Below are positions 42,990 through 55,746 of a DNA stretch of 64,000 nucleotides, one piece after another. This DNA comes from Octopus vulgaris (Eukaryota). The stretch's first letter is position 1. The number at the start of each line of letters is the position of its first letter. The notes beneath the pieces are model-generated. The model was not told the DNA's origin, made no database searches, and worked only from the letters and a program-made list of their open reading frames with translations. The position numbers were made by a program, and so were the translations under genes. The DNA lies in NCBI GenBank assembly GCA_951406725.2, contig OX597824.1, positions 85,932,001-85,996,000 on the forward strand, written 5' to 3'.

Positions 42990-44470
42990 ATGCCATAGAA
43001 ATACGTATGGTCAGTAGACACCAGTTTGCAAAGGCTCAACGAAACACTATGACAAGGGTTTTCGTCATTGCAAATATGATGGGTGGGGAGCTTGGTCGTC
43101 GGGGTCTCCAAATAAACAGCTCCAAATGTGAGCTCTGGATCCTCACCCACCCGGTTTCTCAACATCAACCAACAATTGACCTTTTTGCAGAGTCCTTCCC
43201 TTCCATTGCAGTTCCTCCCCCATCGGCTTGGTGGTCTCTGGGAGCCCCAATCACTGACCTTTGCCTTTGAGTCCATCACACAGTCGAAGGTGGCTGCCCA
43301 TGAGCAAATGCTGAAGAATATTGAAGTTATCGGACCCCATCAAGGTTTTTTCATACTTAGGAATTACCTCTCGATCCCTAAGCTTCTGTATTTACTCAGA
43401 GTCAGCTCATCTTACCGATTCCTATCGTGCCTCCAACGCCTCGACAACCTAATCTTTGAGAGACTCGAATGCTTAGTCAATGTCAGACTCTCTCCAACGT
43501 CCTGCAACCAGGCTGCATTGACCAAGCGATTTGGAAGTCTTGGTCTTCGTAAGTGTTCGTCCCTCTCTCTCCTCTGCTTCCTTTCCTCCACCCTGGTAAG
43601 CAACATCCTCTCCTCTCCAACATGAACCAGTTCCAACAGGGAGTTGGATGAAACTCTCTAATACTGGAGGGAATTGGGCTTGTCTGCTCCTGAGAAGGTG
43701 GAGAACTGTCGGAGTCAGAGAGCATGGAACAAAATAATTTCGACTCCCTCTTCATCCAGTTGGACCAGTTTTCAAGGTGCCGCTTACAGTCTGCTAGTGC
43801 CAAATACTCAGGTGACTGGATTGATGCCATCCCTGTGGCTAATGTTGGTGGCCTACTCAGCTTGGACGAACTTTGTGTCTCCATTGACCTCAGAGTGGGA
43901 GCTGACGTATGCACTGGTTTGATCTGTCGTTGTGACAGGCTCCTCGACTCCGCAGGCACCCATGACCTTTCTTGCCGCCTGAATGCTGGTCGCTTCGCGC
44001 GTCATACAGAGTTGAACCTGGTACTCAAGAGGAGCCTGGCCCGGGTAAATATTTTGGAACCATCTGGATTGTTCAGATGTGATGGAAAGAGACCTAGCGG
44101 CCTCACCCTGTGCCCCTGGTCGCAATGCAGATGCCTTGTCTGAGATGTCACAGTTAGCGACTCCTTTGCGTCTTCTCACGTCCTGAATGCTGCGGTCAGG
44201 ACGAGATCCACAGCTTCTGCGGTCGAACGGAACAAAATCCTGAAATACCGCGATCTGTTGGCCAACTACATTTTCCATCCTGTGGGCATTCGAGACGTTT
44301 GGTGGAGACGGACCACGAACTGTGAGATTCCTGTCTTCACTGGCAACTCGCCTCGCAGAGGTAACTGGTGAGGCTCGTGAGGGCGTTTGGCTGTTCCAGT
44401 TCGTGAGGGCGCTTAGCTGTTCAGCCATCACCCGCAGCAACGCTGCAAGCGTGCCTCAATAGCCATCAGA
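42990..44470 (+). mobile_element. Degenerate non-LTR retrotransposon with restriction-like endonuclease (CRE-like clade)
   Basis: [25 protein letters not shown], zinc knuckle C.C..(D..G.H.LSC), RH, EP.GL...DGKRP(S)G, W(*)DVTV; frameshifted. Confidence 0.82.
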
Positions 44471-44481
44471 AAGGTTTCCCA

Positions 44482-44679
44482 GCGGCGAGCTGGCAGAAAC
44501 GTTAGCACCCCGGGCGAAAGGCTTAGCGGTATTTCGTCTGGCGTTACGTTCTGAGTTCAAATTCCGCCGAGGTCGACTTTGCCTTTCATCCTTTCGGGGT
44601 CGATATAATCGACTTAATCCTTTTGTCTGTCCTTGTTTGTCTCCTCTGTGTGTAGCCCCTTGTGGACAGTAAAGAAATA
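44482..44679 (+). mobile_element. SINE family B monomer with internal deletion
   Basis: 14-15-bp TSD AGAAAGGTTTCCCA(G), showing retrotransposition. The deletion lies between two GGGGTCGAT repeats. Confidence 0.9.
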
Positions 44680-45592
44680 AGAAAGGTTTCCCAGTGTCCC
44701 AAACTTTTCAACCCAAGGTGGTGAATTGTTTTGGGTTTTTTTCTTTTTTCTCATTTTTCTTTCTCTCTTTATTTTTATTTTTTTATTTTTTATTTTTTCC
44801 GTTGTGTTCTCTATTTTGTCCAGTTTTCTAATTTAATTTTGTCGAACGGTAAACAATGTGAAGGCATTACTATAACAAAATAAAACAAAACTGGATATAT
44901 TTATGTGTATCTTGTGACTAATACAAACACGATACAATAGATCCATTTTTTTTACAAACGATCTCGGATCAAATCTGCTGCTGAACAAACTACACCTAAT
45001 TGTAGATAATTTTTACTGCTAAGCTATTTATTTACCCTTGAGCTTTTTGTGTTATCGACCTGTGGAATATGTGATAATGAAATATAGAGGAGTGTTTGTA
45101 GGAAAGAATGTGGGAATGGGAAAGAATGTGGGAAATAGATGGTGATGAAGAGAGACAAAAAAACAGACGAGTTTATTGTAGATGCCGACATTTTGAAACT
45201 CGGTTGCAGTAAGATGGTAATACATAAAATTGGTCTTTGCTGTATTTGTATGGAAGATTTTGTGTGAGGTGTTCGGCAGGATGGGATTATGTTGCGGAGA
45301 AGGACGAGAAGTATGATAGAAATTGATCATATATAGATAGACAGATAGACAAACAGACAGGTGTAGATATATATTTACATATGTATGTATTTATGTACGG
45401 ACGGACAGACAGACGGACGGACGGACGGACGGACGGACGGACAGACAGACACACACGGACGGACGGACGGATGGATGGATTAATGCTTAAATCTCCCTAT
45501 TCGCAATCTAGAAGCCACCCCACCCCGTCTTCTTTATTTTACTCCGGCATCACAATGTTTTAAGCAAACTACGCGTGTGTGTGTGTGCGCGC

Positions 45593-45630
<38 letters not shown>

Positions 45631-47457
45631 GCATATATAGATATACATATGCATACATACAGACAGGGTTACACACACAGACACGCACATATATAGATCA
45701 CAAGAGGTCATAAAAGATCAGTTGAGGAATGTTGATAAGGATTGTTATGGTTAATGTGAGGGGCGTAATATATATATATATATACACACACATATATATA
45801 TATTGTTGTTGGCATCCTTTTTGTCTCGGGAGACAATGGAGTTGCGCATAAAATAGTCCAGTCCAGCTTTTACATTTCATGTCCTGATACATTTCCTGCA
45901 GTGGCTGTGTAGTCCTATCCTGGACAAACATATATATATACATACATATATATATACACATACATACATATATATATGTATATATATTATAAATTTTATC
46001 TGTTGGCGGCCAGAGCTGGCCGCTAACACTTTTTTCTGCAAAATAGGGGTAGTTTATCCTGTTCAGGCTATATTATTGGCATTATCCTGCGTTTGAGATG
46101 GAAACTGAATGAAGACGGTCATATATATATATATACAGTACAAAATATATTAGGTGGGATATGGTATAAATACTATATAACACAAATACATGGTATCAGA
46201 TAGTATATAAGACACATACATATATATGAAACATAAATATAAACAAGAAGCAAGAAATTTTAAAAATATATAATTTTTATTTCATATAAATAACCAAGAT
46301 GGGCTGATCAGTAAAGAAAAATAAAGATTTCTTCGACCAAGCACAACTCCAGTAAATAACTGGTACATATTTTGTCATTTGTGGAGAAATGAAAGATTAT
46401 ATTTGCTGTTGTTGTTGTTGTTTTTAGGCCCAGGCCAATCCTGATCAGACAAACTCATGACCAATAGCATTCCAGTTATGGTAGTTCAACCTTGTCGAAG
46501 AATATCTATGAATACATTATCCAATGTGTCCCTTTCTTTTGTGGAGGAGACGTGTGGCTTAGTGGTTAGGGTGTTGGATTCATGATGATAAGATTAGGGT
46601 TTCAATTTCTGGACTGGGTAATGATGTTGTGTTCTTCAGCAAAACACTTGATTTCACATTACACCAGTCCACTCAGCTGGCAAAAGTGAGTAACCTTGCA
46701 ACAGATTTGCATCGCATCCAGGGGCAATATATACGCCACAGAAACTGGGAAACCAGCCTTATGAGTCATATCAGACTGAAGCATGATATACCTGGAATGT
46801 ATGACCTTGGGATTATAGCTAAATCCATGTACAAAGCCAGACTGATCCATTGTCTAGTATAACACCCACCACCTGGCTCCACAAGGTGACTTTGAACCAG
46901 GGTCTCTGGTCTGAGGATAACTTCTTGCCTGGAGGTGCAATGGCCTAGTGGTTAGGGCAGCAGACTCGTGGTCATAAGAATGCAGTTTCAATTCCCAGAC
47001 CGTCAGTCTATCGCGTGTGGTGGGTGGATCTTCAAGTTAGCACACGCATTCTTAATAGCTTACAGTAGGCTTGAATTAGAGATTATTCTTTGTGGCTAAT
47101 GGCATGAGTCTTGATTTGAAGAAGCAGAAGAAGACTTCTTGCCTTCATCTCGCTAATCTCAGAAATCCCTGTTAAAAGAGCAAGAGTGTAGCCCTCCCTT
47201 CACTGATTAAATCATAGCACCACTGCTGTTGGTTTGTTTATGCCCCTGTAACTTAGCAGTTCAGTGACCAATAAGCAAATAAACTTAGGCTGGGTCATTT
47301 GGTTGGTTTCATTGAAGATGTCTGTTCAAGCATGGCCAACCGAGGCCACTCGATATCTATGGCAGAGAAAAAAAAAACTGAAGACAGCCAGAGATAACCA
47401 GTACTATAGTGAAAGTTATAAAGATGACAGACCAAATACTCATTGCTCTGAGTGTGT

Positions 47458-47498
<41 letters not shown>

Positions 47499-48908
47499 TG
47501 AGTGAGAAGAGAGAGAAAGAGAGAATGAGTGTGTGTGTCTGTATATATATAAAACAGTTCATTAATGATTTACAAAATTCAGAATATAATTTATAAAAAT
47601 ATATACATTACATTTCTCACTATATATAATACATGTATACACATATATATACATATATACATATACATACATACATATATATATTTATCATCCTCATCAT
47701 CATCATCATTTAACGTCCGTTTTCCATGCTAGCATGGGTTAGACGGTTCGACTGGGGCCTGGTAGGCCATGGAGGCTGCACCAGGCTCCAGTCTGATTTG
47801 GCAGTGTTTCTATATATATATATATATATATTAGGCTCAAATATTGTTTCATGTTCAGAATGGCCATATCTGGCCTCTCACAACTACCCTACAATGTCAT
47901 TCTCAAAAATAAATTATCACATCTTTGAAATCTAAAAGGTATGAGATAATACATAATCCAAGCATTATACTTGACAGAATAATCTGTTATGTTACTCACA
48001 GTTAATCAGATCAGTTATTTAGCTTCTTGGTTTCAAATTTTGGCATCTTTGGGGAAGGGGCTAAATCAGTTACATTGACCCCAGTGCTGAACTGGGGTGG
48101 TGAGCTGGCAGAAACGTTAGCCCTCCGGGCGAAATGCTTAGCAGTATTTCGTCTGCCGTTACGTTGTGAGTTCAAATTCCACCGAGGTCGACTTTGCCTT
48201 TCATCCTTTTGGGATCGATAAATTAAGTACCAGTTACACACCGGGGTCGATGTAATCGACTTAATACCTATGTCTGTCCTTGTTTGTCTCCTCTGTGTTT
48301 AGCCCCTTGTGGGTAGTAAAGAAATAGGTATTTCATCTGCCGTTACGATCTGAGTTCAAATTCCGCCAAGGTCGACTCTGCCTTTCATCCTTTCGGGGTT
48401 GATAAATTAAGTACCAGTTACGCACTGGGGTCGATGTAATCGACTTAATACATATGTCTGTGCTTGTTTGTCCCCTCTGTGTTTAGCCCCTTGTGGGTAA
48501 TAAAGAAATAGGTACTTATTCTATTGACCCTGAAAGGGTAGGCAAAGTCAACCTTGGCAGAATTTGATGGCAGGTGCTATGCATTTTGCCTGACATGCTA
48601 ACAACTCTGCTAGCTCGCCACCTCAGTTATCTTGCTTATTGGATCTTAGTTCTGTTCTTTTCTTACATGTTCAATACCACATTTTGAGCTGCTACTTTTT
48701 GTTATCTCTTGTTAATTTATCCTTTAGATTGAAGCTGTGTTCCTATTCAATTCAATTCCAATCTGCAGTACTTGAGGTACACTATTATACTGCATCAAAT
48801 ATCTTTTTACTTCCACACCAAAAATAGGGCAACTTGCTGATGTTTACATGGGTCTACCCGAATACATTTATCACCCATCTGTACATAGACGTGTGAAAAT
48901 TTCTGAAA

Positions 48909-51900
48909 TCATCTATTGATTTCAGGTGCCATGTTACCAAAGAAAATAGCAAGTTTGGACATTTTGGTTTGTACACTATTACTCTCTTTCAAAATTTCCC
49001 TCATCTCATCTTCAAGATCTAGAATTCTTCGGTGAGCATTGTCTAATTCCAGTTGCTGATCTTTGGCCAACTGAGACAGGGCTTTTTGGTGTGCACTTTC
49101 CTTATCATCCAACTGTTGTCGGAACAAACTGTCCATTTTGGACATTTTCTCTTCATTTTTTTTCAGTTCATTTTTCGCTTTCTCACAAGCCTCCAGTAAA
49201 TTTTTTTCTTTGTTCTCCCAAATTGATTTCGCTTGCTTTACCTGAGTTTCTAAAGTACCAATCAAATCAGATTTTTCTTTCCAATGCTCTTTTAACAAAT
49301 AATGAGCATTCTGAGATCTTTCGAGATCTTTTACCACTTCGGCAAGTTGGCCTTTCAGTTCTGCTTTACGATCTTCAAGTTTTTCAATTGTAAACTGGCT
49401 TTCTTGTCTGGCGTCCTGTTCAAGCATCAGTTCATCTTCAATCTTTTTTTGTGCCTTGTAAGCATCTTCACGGATACCCTTTATTAATTCATCCTTCTGG
49501 TGCAACTCCGCTTTCAGGGATCTTATTGATTCAGCCTGGTCATCAATGATTTTCGTTTTTATTTTTACCGTATCTACCTCAGATTTCAGCTGCTTCTTCA
49601 GACACTCAATTTCGACTTCAAGAGATTCCAACTTGACTTCAAGCCGACCACGATCTTGAGCAAGAGAAGTCCCTTGTTGAGCAAGTTCATTCTCCCAAAC
49701 CTTCCGTTCAGCACGCAAACCCACAATAAGTGACTCTTGCGCTTCAATCTGAGCTTGATATGTCAAAGAGTCATGCTTTAATTTGTCACTTTGAGTTGCT
49801 CTCTTCTGCATCTCTGCCAGATGCTGATTAGCATCTTCCATTTGTTGTTTGTGTTTGGAAGTCATTTCTTGTTCCGATTTCAAGAGATCTGAAATCTGAT
49901 CCTTTTGTTTCTTAACAACATTTGTCAACTGTGAAAGGGTTTCACTCTTTTTCTTGTCCCTCATCTGAGCAGCAATTAAAGCCTGTTTATTGAGCTCGTT
50001 TTCTTTCACAATTGAATCACAAGCAAGTTCAAGTTGATTCACTTGGCCTGACTCAAGCTGCAAAGCATCATTCAACTCCTTCTCTACGTTCTTATAATGC
50101 TTCTCCATCATTTCAGTGCGTTCAGCCTGAAGCTTCATGCGATCTTCATATTGCAATTTAACATGTTTCAACTCCCTTTCGATCACACTGCGAAGCTCTT
50201 TACTGCCTAATTTAAACCTGTCACGCAGTTCATCTTTGTGTTCAAGTTCCCGAGATGCCAGCAACTGTTGCAGTTCGGTAACTTGTTTTTGTAAAGAAGT
50301 CACAGAACTCTTTAAGTCACCAGAGTGCTTTGTTGCAACGGCTGAAAGTTGGCGCTCCTTTTCAAACCGTTTTCTCTCTTCATTTAATAATTTCATATGA
50401 TGGTTTTCTCTTTCGATAGCAGCAGATTGAACTTCTGATAAAAGAGCTTTCTGACTTTCACTGTTTTCTTTTGCTGCATTTAGTTTTTGCTGGAGATCCT
50501 CAAGTTTTTGGTCCATAGAGCTAATTTTTTGCTCCAGATTTACGTTATGCATTTTTTCTTTGTCAAAACACTCTTTTAAGTGGTTGTTTTCTTGAATCAA
50601 TCTTTCGTACTGTGTCTTTATTTCTTGTGAACTTGCCCTGGCGTGGTTCACAGAAGCGGTCATTTCTTTTAAAGCCTGCTCAGCTTTCCAGCAGCGAGAC
50701 CGTTCCTCTGCGAGTTCTTCAATCAAATGCTTGTACGTACTTTCAATCACATCCCTGTACTCCTTATCACTCTGCTGAACTTCATTATCAACTTTTACTC
50801 CTGACTTTTTACCACCAGCACGAGAGTCCGCTTGCTTACTGCTGCAAAGATTCGGCTTTGACGGGTTCTCACTGGGGTTTTTACTTTTGATACAAGTTTT
50901 GAGAGGTTTCTGCACTGGTTTAGCAGAAACCTTAGTCGGTTTAGCAATCTTGCTTGACCTTTCCTTAGCCTTTGGCAATATTTCACTAGTTCCATTACTC
51001 TTTCTCAAAGCATTACTATCATTACTGCTGTTGTGAGGTTCTATTGTCAGACTTTCACCCCTCGTTGATTCCATACTTAAACTAGACGTCCCAGGAGGGC
51101 CATTAAATTCATCGTTCTCCGAGTTTCGCAAGTTATTCCCTGAATCAGAACCATTATCGGAATAGTATTTATATTTATATTTCTCCATAACAAGATCGAT
51201 TTGGGGCGTCTTTATTTCGCACAGAGATTGTGAATCCATACTACTTCTGGGGGTTTTACTGTCGAAACGGCCAGACTGACTTTTAAAGGAGTCGTAGGAA
51301 CTTGGGCCCACAGAGACGGGGAAATCTACACTCGAGCCAGGGTTTCGTAAAGCAATACCAGGGATATCACCTATTCTTAGGATTTCACCGCTTCTGGAGA
51401 CATTATCTAAAACAAGGATCTGAGTTAATCGCGAAAGGAGTCGCTGCCGATAGTCAATTTGGCTGCAAACCGGATTGGTCAGATCGTCTTGTTCTAAAGT
51501 AAGGCAGCGGATATTGGAGCAATCTCTCAGAGAAGTAACCAGATGACTTAAGTTAGCAATCCTGTTATCGTAAAGAGAAACAACACTCAGGGAATAATCA
51601 CTCCCGCTTACCTCTTTAAACCCACTAACGTCCTCAATTTGATTATGGCTGAGGTTTAAAATTAGGAGAGATGAGAGCGATGCCATACCTTCCACCTTTC
51701 GGATGAAATTGCACGAAAGGTTCAATATTCGGAGCATTCTGAGATTACTGAGTGCTTTCATGCTTGAAATTCTGTTGGACGACAGGTCAAGTTCCCTGAG
51801 GTAGAGCAAGTTGGATAGTTGTGTGGAGATCACTGTAAAATCGTTGCCATGCAAGTTGACAACTTCGGTGGAGTCGATCAGTGGAAGTTCCGAAGACTCC

Positions 51901-51950
51901 GAAAGACCGCGACATATTAAAGAAACTTCTTTGGCAGGCCACGGCAACAT
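48909..51950 (-). CDS. LRRCC1: Leucine-rich repeat and coiled-coil domain protein (LRRCC1/CLERC-like centrosomal protein), single uninterrupted ORF
   Basis: 1013-aa non-repetitive ORF. N-terminal SDS22-type LRRs (LNLHGN, LDLSSNRI, LNLSCNFI, LNLSHNQI, LYDNRI) and an LRR cap (NPVC..DYR...LDN) are followed by a Ser/Lys-rich linker and a ~600-aa coiled coil. Motifs such as TPQID and ELAQQGTSLAQDRGRLE fit my recollection of LRRCC1. Confidence 0.85.
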   Translation of the reverse strand: MLPWPAKEVSLICRGLSESSELPLIDSTEVVNLHGNDFTVISTQLSNLLYLRELDLSSNRISSMKALSNLRMLRILNLSCNFIRKVEGMASLSSLLILNLSHNQIEDVSGFKEVSGSDYSLSVVSLYDNRIANLSHLVTSLRDCSNIRCLTLEQDDLTNPVCSQIDYRQRLLSRLTQILVLDNVSRSGEILRIGDIPGIALRNPGSSVDFPVSVGPSSYDSFKSQSGRFDSKTPRSSMDSQSLCEIKTPQIDLVMEKYKYKYYSDNGSDSGNNLRNSENDEFNGPPGTSSLSMESTRGESLTIEPHNSSNDSNALRKSNGTSEILPKAKERSSKIAKPTKVSAKPVQKPLKTCIKSKNPSENPSKPNLCSSKQADSRAGGKKSGVKVDNEVQQSDKEYRDVIESTYKHLIEELAEERSRCWKAEQALKEMTASVNHARASSQEIKTQYERLIQENNHLKECFDKEKMHNVNLEQKISSMDQKLEDLQQKLNAAKENSESQKALLSEVQSAAIERENHHMKLLNEERKRFEKERQLSAVATKHSGDLKSSVTSLQKQVTELQQLLASRELEHKDELRDRFKLGSKELRSVIERELKHVKLQYEDRMKLQAERTEMMEKHYKNVEKELNDALQLESGQVNQLELACDSIVKENELNKQALIAAQMRDKKKSETLSQLTNVVKKQKDQISDLLKSEQEMTSKHKQQMEDANQHLAEMQKRATQSDKLKHDSLTYQAQIEAQESLIVGLRAERKVWENELAQQGTSLAQDRGRLEVKLESLEVEIECLKKQLKSEVDTVKIKTKIIDDQAESIRSLKAELHQKDELIKGIREDAYKAQKKIEDELMLEQDARQESQFTIEKLEDRKAELKGQLAEVVKDLERSQNAHYLLKEHWKEKSDLIGTLETQVKQAKSIWENKEKNLLEACEKAKNELKKNEEKMSKMDSLFRQQLDDKESAHQKALSQLAKDQQLELDNAHRRILDLEDEMREILKESNSVQTKMSKLAIFFGNMAPEINR

Positions 51951-51999
51951 TATCGGTTTAGGTGTGGAAATGACTAAAACACTGTCACAATGTAATCCA

Positions 52000-52281
52000 T
52001 CGTAGATTTACCGATTTACCAGGATCGGATCCAATGTATAATCCCGAAGTAACGCCATTTCGTTCGATGTTGTTTGTAGAAACGGTCGTGTTTGAACGTG
52101 TCTCCACTCAACAAAGAGCGATTCCCCAAGGGACACAATCAGACACCGATTTGAAATTCTTTTAATTAGTAAGATAACTGTTATTTTCTTTGATCTGGAT
52201 TCAACAACATCTATGATACCAGCATCATAACCTAGGAATTATATATGATTGTTAGATTCACAGGAGTAATCCACAATAATT

Positions 52282-52337
<56 letters not shown>

Positions 52338-52600
52338 AGACATCAGCTATACTAGATGTATCAATGTCAGTGAAAAATACTGCTATAACATTTCATTAAT
52401 TTTCCTCCGTCTAAATTACTTTCATCTCGATATAAATCAATAGAAAATATGAGGAAACAGTTAATTGATGTAATAAATATATAAAAGTGTTGGCTGTACA
52501 GAGTTGCTTCCCTTAAGCCACGCCAGTTTGGCCGGAAGCAGAAAAAAAAAAAGAATTGGAAATTTTTTTAAATATTGGTTGTTAGTCTTACTGGTAACTA
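52000..52600. promoter_or_regulatory. Probable promoter/5' leader region of the LRRCC1-like gene
   Basis: TE-free stretch upstream of the ATG with relative CpG retention near 52000-52150 and an ETS-type CCGGAAG at ~52532. Confidence 0.35.
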
Positions 52601-52635
52601 GAGTTTGAAGATACTAAACTAGAACGTATATATAT

Positions 52636-52692
52636 GGCCGGTTAGCTTTGTTGGTTAGAGCGAATGTCGTGGGTTCGAACCCTACACTAGCT
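52636..52692 (+). pseudogene. tRNA-Ile-like pseudogene lacking the anticodon arm
   Basis: GGCCGGTTAGCT.tGTTGGTTAGAGCG (5' half typical of tRNA-Ile AAT) is joined directly to GTCGTGGGTTCGAACCC (T arm). Confidence 0.65.
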
Positions 52693-52909
52693 CTTTTACC
52701 CTTTTACGTGTTTCAGTCATTTGACTGCGGCCATGCTGGAGCGCCGCCTTCTAGTCGAGTAAATCGACCCCAGGACTTATTCTTTGTAAGCCTAGTACTT
52801 ATTCTATCAGTCTGTTTTGCTGAACCGCTAAGTTACGGGGACGTAAACACACCAGCATCGGTTGTCAAGCAAAGCTAGGGGGACAAACACAGACACACAA
52901 ACACAAACA

Positions 52910-52950
<41 letters not shown>

Positions 52951-53204
52951 GACGGGCTTCTTTCAGTTTCCGTCTACCAAATCCACTCACAAGGCTTTGG
53001 TCGGCCCGAGGCTATAGTAGAAGACACTTGCCCAAGGTGCCATGCAGTGGGAATGAACCCGGAACCATGTGGTTGGTAAGCAAGCTACTTACCACACAGC
53101 CTCCTGCGCCTATATACTTTACTTTTTCAAGGCAGTGATCTAGCATGGCCGCAGTCAAATGACTGAAACAAGTAGAAGAAATATATATATAATATATATA
53201 TATA

Positions 53205-54400
53205 ATAATAATAATAATAATGAAATTATTGTATACAGTGCTCAGGTGCACCACAACTTGTCAGAAAGTGCATATAAAGTACATGCAGTAATGTAGAAAT
53301 GTCTGGAAAGCGAACAATGTATGAGTCAGATACATGCTTGTGTGTGTATGGAGGGGAGAAAATCAAGTGTAGTGTTGGCGAATCTCAGGAAGCATGGAAG
53401 TCTTGAAGGATGCAGTGCTCCGACAACTAACAACCGATGCCGGCAGTTTGTTCCACGCTTCAGCAACTCTCAGCGTGAAAAAATGTTTCCTGAAGTCATG
53501 GGAGCTGTGCTGTTTTCTTACTTTGTAAATATGTCCACGGGTGTTAGATGGGTGGAGTTTGAAGAGGTGCTCAGTGTTATTGTTTGTGCGATGGTTGATA
53601 ATTTTATGGGTGTCTGCCAGGTCAGCTGCTAGACGTCGGAGTTTCAATGTGTCCATGCCCAGGGAAGTAAGGCGTTCAAGGATATGGCAAATGCCTGATG
53701 GAGGGTATTCTTTTGGTTGCACGTCGCTGAACAGCTTCCAGATGATTGATGTCCTGGGCAAGATAGGGGTTCCAGACCGGTGATGCAAATTCCAGGTGAG
53801 GTCTTACCATAGCTATATAAAGCCACAGATAGATAGCCGGAGAGCGGCTCACAAAGGATTTGGTGAGTGATGCCAAGACACCCTCGGCCTTCTTGACAAT
53901 TTTGGCGATGTGTTTTGTCCAACGCAAATCACTGTCGACAATAACACCCAGGTCACGTTCACTTGAAGACTTTTTGAGACTAGTGTTGTGGAGGGAGTAG
54001 GTGGACGCTGGGTTTCTCCTCCCAAAATGCATGGTGGTACATTTGTCCACAGCCAGCTTGAGTTGCCAGTCCATGATCCACTGCTGCATTGTGTCCAGGT
54101 TTGCTTGCAATAGAGATCCATAGTGTATAGGATTTGACCTCTTTATTTCGAGGTACAGCTTGATGTCATCTGCATATTTCAGCACTGTGGCATTCTTTAA
54201 GTTGGCATCTATGTCATTAACATATGCAACAAATAAAAGGGGGCCAAGAACAGATCCCTGCGGCACACCAGATGTCATCTCATAGGGCGAAGAGTGCTGT
54301 CCTAGAACTGTGACAACCTCTTTTCGGCCGAAAATAAAGGACTTTAACCAGTTATAGAGTTCGTCTCTTACACCCAACGCAGAAAGCTTCACCATAAGTC
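53205..54400 (-). mobile_element. 5'-truncated CR1/L2-group LINE (RT C-terminal half, 3' UTR, (TTA)n tail)
   Basis: SGVPQGSVLGPLLF, KYADD, ERDLGV, VRPHLEFASPVWNP, LEAVQRRATK, TRGH..K, WNKLP; one frameshift near 53680. Confidence 0.93.
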
Positions 54401-54416
54401 TATATATATATATATA

Positions 54417-54593
54417 TACAAGATAAGAAAATGGAGAAATACATCTAAGTCAAATATCAATTACCAGATAATACTCAATCACATACTTTAACCCTACAGT
54501 CTCTTATGTGGTGGTTTAATAAAGTATGTGATTGAGTATTATCTGGTAATTGATATTTGATTTAGATGTATTTCTCCATTTTCTTATCTTGTA
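54417..54593. repeat. 74-bp near-perfect inverted repeat with 29-nt loop
   Basis: Arms 54417-54490 and 54520-54593; one mismatch (G.U-compatible on the plus strand). Confidence 0.92.
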
Positions 54594-54763
54594 TTAGTAA
54601 TTTGTGGTAAATCATTTTACCTTTGCCCATATAATACAGTAAATGAATTGATTGCATCGCAATCCTTAACATTTATGTATTAACTTTGTTGGGTACTTCA
54701 CTAGCAGTATATAGGATATATGTTATCCCATGGAGGGTTGCATTTACAACCCCTATCTCAATT

Positions 54764-54795
<32 letters not shown>

Positions 54796-55180
54796 TAGAG
54801 AGAGAGAGAGGAGGGGGGGTATTATAATGGAATAAGTAGATGTGCTCCAAAAGGAAACAGCTAGGATTGACCCTATGTACCAATAATAATAATAATGATA
54901 GATAGATAGATAGATAGAGGTAAAGGAAATAACTCAAGTAAGCTCATGACATGGAAGAGATAAACATTTGCTTGTATTATCTAAAATGGTTTACTCAGAA
55001 AATTTTTAATGAACTGAAGCTTTTCTTTTCATTGGAGAAAGAAACTAAAAACCTAATGGCATTCATTAGAGACTCGCAAAATAGGGAAGAGTGAATTTCA
55101 AGAAATTCCAAATTAATTTTTAATATCTAATTTCTATGCTTAAGGAAAAATTTGATCCTTGCTAGCAAGGATGGTTACAG

Positions 55181-55220
55181 TAACAGACATTTTTCGATCT
55201 TATTGGACTTCGTCAGCGAA
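55181..55220 (-). ncRNA. Degenerate hammerhead motif, same family as 6958-7002
   Basis: Reverse complement cgCTGACGAagtccaataagatcGAAAaatGTC. Confidence 0.55.
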
Positions 55221-55578
55221 GCTTGGAAAATGTCAACCTATTTGATCAATACAAAGAATTGCACAAAAAAGAAAAGGGTTACGAACATTTTGTAGGAAGA
55301 TCAAGACTACAGAGGACATGACTAATATTATTATTATTATCATCAAGGTGGCGAGCTGGCAGAATCGTTAGCACGCCGGGCGAAATGCTTAGAGGTATTT
55401 CGTCTGCGGTTACGTTCTGAGTTCAAATTCCACCGAGGTCGACTTTGCCTTTCATCCTTTCGGGGTCGATAAATAAAGTACCAGTTTCGCACTGGGGTCG
55501 ATGTAATCGACTTACTCCCTTTGCCTGTCCTTGTATGTCCCCTCTGTGTTTAGCCCTTTGTGGGTAATAAAGAAATAT

Positions 55579-55746
55579 ATTATTATTATTATTATCATTA
55601 TTATTATTATTCAGCTCACTGCCTGGAATCGAACTCAGAATCTGGGGGTTAGTACCCAGCACTCTTAACCACTACACCATATGCCCATAGTGGTTAAGAG
55701 AGTGGGGTATTAACCCCAAGATCCCAAGTTCAATTCCAGGCAGTGA

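Noticed and set aside
39275-42996. Long ORFs such as (MYVC)n, (HTYI)n and (YI)n here and throughout the window
   Set aside because: They are translations of di- and tetranucleotide microsatellites that lack stop codons.
49091-52005. Plus-strand ORFs overlapping the LRRCC1-like gene
   Set aside because: Antisense shadow ORFs of the real CDS.
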